Positions 58,054-64,000 of a DNA stretch of 64,000 nucleotides are shown one piece after another; the first letter of the stretch is position 1; the number at the start of each line of letters is the position of its first letter. The notes beneath the pieces were generated by a model that saw nothing but the letters and a program-made list of their open reading frames with translations, was not told where the DNA came from and did not search any database. Source of the DNA: a virus; IMG/VR virus record IMGVR_UViG_3300033182_000991, positions 1 through 64,000 of that record; one strand, given 5' to 3'. The translations under genes were made by a program, and so were the position numbers.

Positions 58054-59469
58054 ATGAAAACATTATTAAAAGAAACGGGTTTACGTAACATTGGTGAGTT
58101 AGCCAAAAGATATCCAAAGGCAAAGATTTACTTCCACCAAGATTTGGATGGGGTAACAACAGCTTTGGCGATGAAGAATTATTTGGAAGACAATGGTATC
58201 AAAGTGGTTGATGCTGAGATTATCCAATACGGTGATAAAGAGTTTGCGGTTAAGAAACAAGATGCCACGGGTGATACGATGCCAGTCTTAGTTGACTTTG
58301 CTCACGGTAAACCAATGTTCGTTATCCACACTGACCACCACGATAGTCAAAGTGGTGTTGAAGGTGATACCGCCACATCATTTAGACCTTCACGTTCAAA
58401 TGTTGCAACAATCTCAGATGTGATGTCACCAAAGGACATCTTTCCTGCTGACGATATTACTTTAATTTCAACTGTGGATTCTGCAGACTTTGCTAAGTAT
58501 GGATTGAAACCAAAAGATATTATGAACTTCATCTTTAGATTAGATAAAGATAAGTCGCTACAAAAGAATAAAATGGCTTTAGGTTTGGCCGCAAACAAAT
58601 TGATGTTGGCGTATAAGAACAAACCTGGTTTTATGGAGGAGTTGGTGATGACATCAAAACCATCATTGTTGAACATCTTCCAAAACATTAGAAGAATTGC
58701 TGACAGAGAAAACTATGCGTCTCCATTGATGATGGCTGCGAATCAAGAAGACTACATTGAGCAGAGAAATCAAGACCCGAACCTTAATTATAAAGATGGT
58801 ATCATTTACCAATACGGTGGAGGTAAGATGTTCAAACCAGGTTCATACGACAGATACACACCATTTGAATTACATCCTGACGCTGACTTCTTAATTACGG
58901 TTTGGCCGATGGGATTGGTTCAGGCATCATGTAACCCATTCAAAAAAGAAAGAGAGTTAAAAGGTGTGAACTTAGGTGAGATTGCTCAAGAAGTGTTGAG
59001 TAAGTGGGAACCTAAATTAAGAGAGAAGATTATTCCTTTATCAACCATCAAATGGATTTCTGAGAGTAGTAAACAATTTGGTGAGGATTCTGTAGGTTTC
59101 ACAAACGCAGATTTGGAAGCGTTCTACGGTAAGAAGATTAGAGGAATGGAAGGTGGTGACCAGTATATGGAAAACCTAAAACAAATTATGGATAAGAACT
59201 TCTCTGAGTTAAGTGAAGATGAAATGAAAGTGTTGGACAACTTGGGTGTTCCTGCTTGGGAGATGATTCAAGCAAACTCAGGTGGTCACAAATGTATTAC
59301 AAATATTTCAGCTCTTAACTACTTTGGTAGAAGTAACAGACCTCCTCAAGGTGGATACAAATATAACAGAGGTGGTGGAGATGCACCATACGTTAAGTTC
59401 GCTAAGATGATAGGACAGGAGTTCTATAGAATATTAAGGGAAAAGATTGACGGAAGTAAATCAGAATAA
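58054..59469 (+). CDS. DHH-family phosphoesterase-like protein
   Basis: HQDLDG, LVDF, TDHH, C-terminal SGGH. Confidence 0.7.
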   Translation: MKTLLKETGLRNIGELAKRYPKAKIYFHQDLDGVTTALAMKNYLEDNGIKVVDAEIIQYGDKEFAVKKQDATGDTMPVLVDFAHGKPMFVIHTDHHDSQSGVEGDTATSFRPSRSNVATISDVMSPKDIFPADDITLISTVDSADFAKYGLKPKDIMNFIFRLDKDKSLQKNKMALGLAANKLMLAYKNKPGFMEELVMTSKPSLLNIFQNIRRIADRENYASPLMMAANQEDYIEQRNQDPNLNYKDGIIYQYGGGKMFKPGSYDRYTPFELHPDADFLITVWPMGLVQASCNPFKKERELKGVNLGEIAQEVLSKWEPKLREKIIPLSTIKWISESSKQFGEDSVGFTNADLEAFYGKKIRGMEGGDQYMENLKQIMDKNFSELSEDEMKVLDNLGVPAWEMIQANSGGHKCITNISALNYFGRSNRPPQGGYKYNRGGGDAPYVKFAKMIGQEFYRILREKIDGSKSE

Positions 59470-59817
59470 TGAGAAGGAGACTTTGTCTCCTTTTTTTATG
59501 CCGAGTTGTTTTGTCATACCTGCTGGTAGTTCCAATACTTTATCACCATAACCAGTATAAGATTCACATTCCAACTCATCTTTACAGATAGGACAATTTT
59601 CGTGGATGGTATCTACTTCGTCGTTATTGATAAAAATAATATCCAAAGGAACAATACAATCAAACATCCAAAACGATTGTTCACCTTTGGTTGGCATCAA
59701 GAAATACATACCTTGAAACTCATCATTAAAACGCTGTCCTTGCATTCCTTTGGTGATGGCTTCTTTGGTAACACAAAGTTTAACTTTGATATCTGTATTT
59801 CCTATTGAAACTTTCAT
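59461..59817 (-). CDS. DUF192 family protein
   Basis: KGMQ, GMYF, FWM..CIVPLDIIFI, VLELPAG..GIKKGD; start at MKVSIG. Confidence 0.85.
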   Translation of the reverse strand: MKVSIGNTDIKVKLCVTKEAITKGMQGQRFNDEFQGMYFLMPTKGEQSFWMFDCIVPLDIIFINNDEVDTIHENCPICKDELECESYTGYGDKVLELPAGMTKQLGIKKGDKVSFSLF

Positions 59818-59846
59818 ATACTTATAAATATCTAAACAATCATAAT

Positions 59847-60254
59847 ATGAATAAATACGGAGGAGTAATTGTAAGGTGTAACAATAAGGTATTGTTATGT
59901 AAAAGAAATGCTGAAGGCTCATTACCTGGTCATTGGTCGTGTCCGGCTGGTAGTGTTGAAGAAGGTGAAGAACCATTGAAAGGTGCGATGAGAGAGTTTT
60001 TTGAAGAAACTAACATCAAACTATTGAAAACGCCACAGTTTTGTGGTATAATTAAGAGAACCAATAGAGACGGTAGTGAGATTAAAGGTGAAATGTATTG
60101 TTACCTTTATGATTGTGAAGAAGAAGTATATCCTGATTTAGATAAAGCTAAGGACGGTGATGAACATACAGAATGTGGTTACTTCGGAAAAGACGAGTTA
60201 CCTTCTCCAATGACGGAACAATTTAATAAATTACTAAATATAATCTTAAAATGA
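59847..60254 (+). CDS. NUDIX hydrolase
   Basis: GSVEEGEEPLKGAMREFFEETN Nudix box. Confidence 0.9.
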   Translation: MNKYGGVIVRCNNKVLLCKRNAEGSLPGHWSCPAGSVEEGEEPLKGAMREFFEETNIKLLKTPQFCGIIKRTNRDGSEIKGEMYCYLYDCEEEVYPDLDKAKDGDEHTECGYFGKDELPSPMTEQFNKLLNIILK

Positions 60255-60466
60255 GTTTAATGTATCAAGCCCTCGTAGCAAAATACGAAGCAGACCTTTT
60301 AGAAGCAAAGGCAACCTTAGAAGTTTACCTAAACAATTCAGTTGGTATTGGTGAACACCCTCAACACTTGGAAGAAATGGACAAGATGGTCGGGAGAATG
60401 GAATCTGCAAGTGGAAAATTAAAAGCGCTTAAATCTAATTTCAATGAAAAGGGTATGGCAATCTAA
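60251..60466 (+). CDS. conserved phage hypothetical protein
   Basis: YL.NSVGIGEHP motif. Confidence 0.65.
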   Translation: MSLMYQALVAKYEADLLEAKATLEVYLNNSVGIGEHPQHLEEMDKMVGRMESASGKLKALKSNFNEKGMAI

Positions 60467-60555
60467 CGAGCCACTAAGGAAACATTCAGGGTATTTCAAA
60501 CTATCTTATAACCCAATGGGTTACATCATAAAGGAAATGACCAAAAAAATTAAGA

Positions 60556-60583
60556 AAACTGCTTGACCGAGCAGTTTTTTTTA
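60556..60583 (+). terminator. intrinsic terminator
   Basis: aaaactgct-tgaccg-agcagtttt followed by T run. Confidence 0.75.
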
Positions 60584-60665
60584 TTATCTTCATATAACTT
60601 TTGACAGATAAGGGAATATTTATACTTTACCCTACTGATTTAATCAGAAAAATTTGTTAAAATAA

Positions 60666-60697
60666 TTTGACACTTCCAAAAATATGTTTTAGATTTG
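60666..60697 (+). promoter_or_regulatory. Bacteroidota-type promoter for the large ncRNA
   Basis: TTTG (60666) and TAGATTTG (60690-60697). Confidence 0.65.
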
Positions 60698-60701
60698 TCA
60701 A

Positions 60702-61583
60702 AGTTCTTTGAAATATTGGTCATGTTTATGGACCGACTTTTGTATTATCTCTTCGGAGATTATCCTTTCCAAAGGAGTTGGACATAGACAGACACGGCGG
60801 TTTAGCGTCGTTAGATAACCCCTGTGAGGGGACTAAAGGGATTGAAGCGGGATTAGTACACCGTGGATATTCGCAGTCGTGAGGCTGACAACTAAACAAA
60901 GTGGCTACGGCTGATTCCCCGAGGGCAACTGCTGGGGGGAAGAGGTTACTCTGAGTCCGTGGAATATCAGAGTTGAGATGGTGACATCAACAGGAAAAGC
61001 TACAGGTGACGGTTCGACACACTCTGCAAGGTGTCGTAGGGCTGGGTACCAGTCTGATGGGTTTCCGAGACGTTAAAGTCTACGAAGTCCTGACTGACCG
61101 TAAGTTTGCAGACTTACAGAGAGGTGTGAAGCATTCTGTTCTCCAAAGGAACGGACCTTCTCCCGAAGCACATCTTTCCTTCTTCCACAATGCTAATTTA
61201 ATTAATCAATTAAATACGAGCAAGAGTCTTCGGGCGTTGACAACGAAAGGTGTCTAAAACTCCGAGTGTAAACTAACGGAGTCATTGATAGACCGCAAGT
61301 CTTTCAATGTCAATTACAAAAGACCTGTTGGGACGGCCATCCCTTCATGAACTCGCAAGGTTCAACAGAGTTAAGTAGTAGTTGAGTAGTTGTTAACGAA
61401 TACGAGTGGTTAACGTAAGTAACCGACACTGACTTGATACGATAGGCAACTATTGTGGACAATGTGAGCAACCGACTATTAGGGTACACTCACGAAAGAC
61501 AGGTCACATAAACGTGTAGTCTCAGCGTTCTATACCTCATATACCTTCCTTGACCTCGGTGCTAACCCACCGAGGTTTTTTTT
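60702..61583 (+). ncRNA. large structured non-coding RNA, GOLLD-like candidate
   Basis: About 880 nt without a credible ORF, GC above flanks, many GNRA/UUCG-capped hairpins on + strand, AT-rich mid linker, own promoter and terminator. Confidence 0.7.
61553..61583 (+). terminator. intrinsic terminator
   Basis: acctcggt-gctaaccc-accgaggt followed by T7. Confidence 0.8.
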
Positions 61584-61632
61584 ATGCTCTTAGTTGTTTG
61601 ATAAGAAAATATTTCTTATCTTTGTATAACAA

Positions 61633-61920
61633 ATGAAGACAACTATGGTATTAGAAAGAAACATCAAAATCATCCACCCACAATTCGGAGAACTATTGAA
61701 CGACTTCTACAATGACGAGGTTCAGTTTAAGTTGTTCCTTCAGATGGTTCACTCTTGTGTGGAGTTGAAGCAGGACCTATCGTTCTTCAACGGTCGTGAT
61801 TTCTACGTTCATGTTCCTTACGAACTTCTTCGTCAATCCATCATCTTGGGTAATACTAAACCTCAGGAGGAATTGACTTTGGGTCAGTATGCTGTCCGTA
61901 AATCTAAGATGGAGGAGTAA
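61633..61920 (+). CDS. hypothetical protein
   Basis: 95 aa after TATCTTTG. Confidence 0.65.
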   Translation: MKTTMVLERNIKIIHPQFGELLNDFYNDEVQFKLFLQMVHSCVELKQDLSFFNGRDFYVHVPYELLRQSIILGNTKPQEELTLGQYAVRKSKMEE

Positions 61921-61923
61921 GTT

Positions 61924-62085
61924 ATGGAGAAGTCGGTCATTGAACAAGCTATAGATATCTTTGAGGTCCACTCAAATGTATACCGTGATAAAAAAAATGA
62001 ATCACCTGAAATGGAGTTTTATTATAGAGGCAAAGCGGAAGCTTACGAACAGGCTATTCAGGTTCTAAAATCGTTATCTTCATAA
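61924..62085 (+). CDS. small hypothetical protein (53 aa), not in ORF track
   Basis: MEKSVIEQAIDIFE..YYRGKAEAYEQAIQVLKSLSS*. Confidence 0.55.
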   Translation: MEKSVIEQAIDIFEVHSNVYRDKKNESPEMEFYYRGKAEAYEQAIQVLKSLSS

Positions 62086-62088
62086 GTT

Positions 62089-62283
62089 ATGTATAAGGTC
62101 GGTGGTAGTGTTGTGATTCCTGAGACAAAGGAAATCAAGGAAATTAAAGAGATTGAGAGGTTCGAAGATGACGTTGTTATTTACACTACCGATGGAATGG
62201 CTTATGGTATTAGGGAATGTAGAACAGTGGATGACGCATTCAATGAAGAAATAGAAAAACTATTAGGTAAATGGAAAGTCTAA
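62089..62283 (+). CDS. hypothetical protein
   Basis: 64 aa. Confidence 0.6.
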   Translation: MYKVGGSVVIPETKEIKEIKEIERFEDDVVIYTTDGMAYGIRECRTVDDAFNEEIEKLLGKWKV

Positions 62284-62319
62284 AATTACAATGGTAAACT
62301 TGATTTAATAGTTGAATAG

Positions 62320-62416
62320 GTTTATCATTTATTTCCCGAAAGGGTGGTGGAGTAGCCGACCTCACGTATAGCCGTGTCGGCCCCAAAGGTGGAGAGTTTT
62401 TTTCTCCACCTTTTTT
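62320..62416. ncRNA. candidate small structured RNA followed by terminator
   Basis: ccc-gaaa-ggg hairpin, gccgac/gtcggc stem, then ggtggaga/tctccacc plus T6. Confidence 0.4.
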
Positions 62417-62437
62417 ATTTCCATGATATTTATGAGT

Positions 62438-63049
62438 ATGAATTTTATAAAAATACTTTCTGACGTTATTAGTGAACAGCCAAGACCGAGACAAGGTGCG
62501 TCACCAATCGGTGGGGGTGTTACGTCAAGTGGTGGTGCCGGTGTAAACGCAGGTGCAAACGCTGCCCAATCAAATAGTTCATCAAGTGGTTGGTCAAGAG
62601 TTTCTTCACATAGTTGGAAAAGTGGTAGTAAAATAGATTCACCATTGAAAAATCCTGGCAAATGTAAAAACTACGGTCAGTACAGAGGTTCAGGGCGTGG
62701 GTATCATAATGCTTGTGATATTTCAGTAAATGTTGGAACTGCAGTATTTGCACCTCATGATGGTACTTTCACTGAAGTGGATAACAGTGTATGTGGTAAT
62801 GGTATTATTATCAAAGGTCAAGATGAAAATGGTAAGGAATTACATTCAGGATTCTGTCACCTTAGAGGTCGTGAAGTGCCTTCTGACGGTAAGGTAAAAA
62901 AAGGTGACCTAATTGGGTTTACTGGTGGTGGTTATGTACATGGTTCACAAACAGAAAAAGAGCCAGGTGCGGGTAGAAGTTCAGGACCTCACTTACATTG
63001 GACTTTCAAAGTAGGGGGACAACCAACAAATCCGTATACCTATAATTAA
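62438..63049 (+). CDS. M23 family peptidase with low-complexity N-terminal extension
   Basis: HNACD (HxxxD), FCHL, VKKGDLIG.TG, SSGPHLH; likely start MNFIKIL after TATTTAT. Confidence 0.88.
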   Translation: MNFIKILSDVISEQPRPRQGASPIGGGVTSSGGAGVNAGANAAQSNSSSSGWSRVSSHSWKSGSKIDSPLKNPGKCKNYGQYRGSGRGYHNACDISVNVGTAVFAPHDGTFTEVDNSVCGNGIIIKGQDENGKELHSGFCHLRGREVPSDGKVKKGDLIGFTGGGYVHGSQTEKEPGAGRSSGPHLHWTFKVGGQPTNPYTYN

Positions 63050-63092
63050 TTTTATTGGAAACATAATATATTTATAAATAAAGATAAAAAGT

Positions 63093-63392
63093 ATGGCAAA
63101 CATTATTCTAACAGAAGCACAATTGGAGAGGTTGAAGGCTTCCTTGACTGAAGGAAAATATGATGGGTCGTACATGGCGAAACAACAACTCTTTACCATC
63201 GCCACCTTAGCATATAAGATGTGGGAGATGATGGAAGATGGTGAACAATTGGAAGATTGGATGGAGAGTAAGTTGGCTCAAGCAGAACAAGGCGTAGTTG
63301 CCGTAGTGAAAGCGTACATGTATGATGAGGTCGAGGAAGAATTAACAGGTATGAGTAAATTAGACTATTCCGATTTAGTCATCGGAAAATAG
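63093..63392 (+). CDS. hypothetical late/virion protein
   Basis: ILTEAQL leader; YMAKQQL..LEDWMESK; TATTTAT upstream. Confidence 0.65.
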   Translation: MANIILTEAQLERLKASLTEGKYDGSYMAKQQLFTIATLAYKMWEMMEDGEQLEDWMESKLAQAEQGVVAVVKAYMYDEVEEELTGMSKLDYSDLVIGK

Positions 63393-63415
63393 GTGAAAAA
63401 ATAATTGATTATTAA

Positions 63416-63450
63416 GACCCCTTTGTTATAATAGACGAAGGGGTTTTTTA
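63416..63450 (+). terminator. intrinsic terminator
   Basis: gacccctt..aaggggtt followed by T run. Confidence 0.6.
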
Positions 63451-63484
63451 ATGCCCGATTAACAATAACAATAACAAAAATATT

Positions 63485-63694
63485 ATGCAAAACTATCTAA
63501 AGTTTAACACAAAAAAACACAAATTGTCTGTCATCTATGAAGATGGTACAGTCGGAGTTTCTGACCTTGAGAATGTGACAACAATCAGAGAAGGTGAAGG
63601 TTTCTATGAGGTTCTTCAAAGACAAGAGAATGGTAAGAACGCACCAATCTACAGATTTCCAATCCATAACACAGTGATTAGATATTTCCACTAA
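63485..63694 (+). CDS. hypothetical protein
   Basis: 69 aa. Confidence 0.6.
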   Translation: MQNYLKFNTKKHKLSVIYEDGTVGVSDLENVTTIREGEGFYEVLQRQENGKNAPIYRFPIHNTVIRYFH

Positions 63695-64000
63695 TGAACC
63701 AATTAGATATTGACTATCAGGATTTATTAAAAGACATCATGACTAATGGTGTTGAGAAGCGTGACCGAACAGGTACTGGTACGGTTTCGGTCTTTGGTCG
63801 TCAGATAAGACACGATATGAGTAAAGGGTTTCCATTGTTGACTACTAAGAAGATGGCGATTAAGACCATGATGACGGAATTAAAGTGGTTCCTCAAAGGA
63901 GATACCAACATCAAGTATTTGGTGGAGAACGGGTGTAACATTTGGAATGGTGATGCATATAAGAGATATAAGGAAGATAAGGGAACCTTGGCTATGGGTC
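63694..64000 (+). CDS. thyA: thymidylate synthase (5' part, runs off window)
   Basis: [25 protein letters not shown]...[22 protein letters not shown]. Confidence 0.93.
   Translation, partial: MNQLDIDYQDLLKDIMTNGVEKRDRTGTGTVSVFGRQIRHDMSKGFPLLTTKKMAIKTMMTELKWFLKGDTNIKYLVENGCNIWNGDAYKRYKEDKGTLAMG

Noticed and set aside
59818-59976. Long N-terminal extension of the DUF192 ORF and upstream TTG start of the NUDIX ORF
   Set aside because: Would make divergent genes overlap; ATGs at 59817 (-) and 59847 (+) fit the domain boundaries and the TATTTAT motif
61006-61257. 83-aa ORF inside the structured region
   Set aside because: GTG start, atypical composition, overlaps many RNA hairpins
60702-61583. 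Group I/II intron, rRNA or tRNA cluster
   Set aside because: No interrupted gene on the flanks, no recognisable rRNA segments or cloverleafs; has its own promoter and terminator
62345-62384. Complete tmRNA or tRNA gene
   Set aside because: Only 40 nt between the acceptor-like ends; no T-arm, anticodon arm or tag reading frame
1-64000. Eukaryotic giant virus origin (collagen, PLOD, SET, DnaJ)
   Set aside because: Sigma-70, bacterial promoters and terminators, TonB receptor, peptidoglycan hydrolases and S74 chaperones point to a bacteriophage
1-64000. Stop-codon reassignment as in some huge phages
   Set aside because: Known genes are full length in the standard code and coding density is high

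Overview
This AT-rich, gene-dense window reads in the standard genetic code and most likely comes from a very large (jumbo/huge) tailed phage of a Bacteroidota, probably flavobacterial, host. Support for that call: a Bacteroidota-type sigma-70, TAnnTTTG promoters, a TonB-dependent receptor, type II glutamine synthetase, an amidase, a lysozyme, an M23 peptidase, Peptidase_S74 tail-fibre chaperones, three DNA methyltransferases and ThyA. The centrepiece is three giant Lys-rich collagen-like fibre genes (28.7-42.8 kb) built on a shared 80-residue super-repeat. They are followed by a glycan/hydroxylation block (fucosyltransferase-like GTs, tandem GT17, carbamoyltransferase, three 2OG-Fe(II) oxygenase-like genes, sulfotransferase). 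About 9 kb upstream lies a homolog of the glycosyltransferase and accessory domains of animal procollagen lysyl hydroxylase (PLOD/LH3) with an inserted SAM methyltransferase. Together these suggest a phage-encoded, eukaryote-like collagen modification system (inference). The window also holds an ~880-nt structured ncRNA (GOLLD-like candidate) with its own promoter, boxA-like motif and terminator, and two promoter classes (host-type TAnnTTTG and a putative late TATTTAT). Several small ORFs missed by the ORF track are added. All family assignments are from motif recognition by eye; no searches were run.
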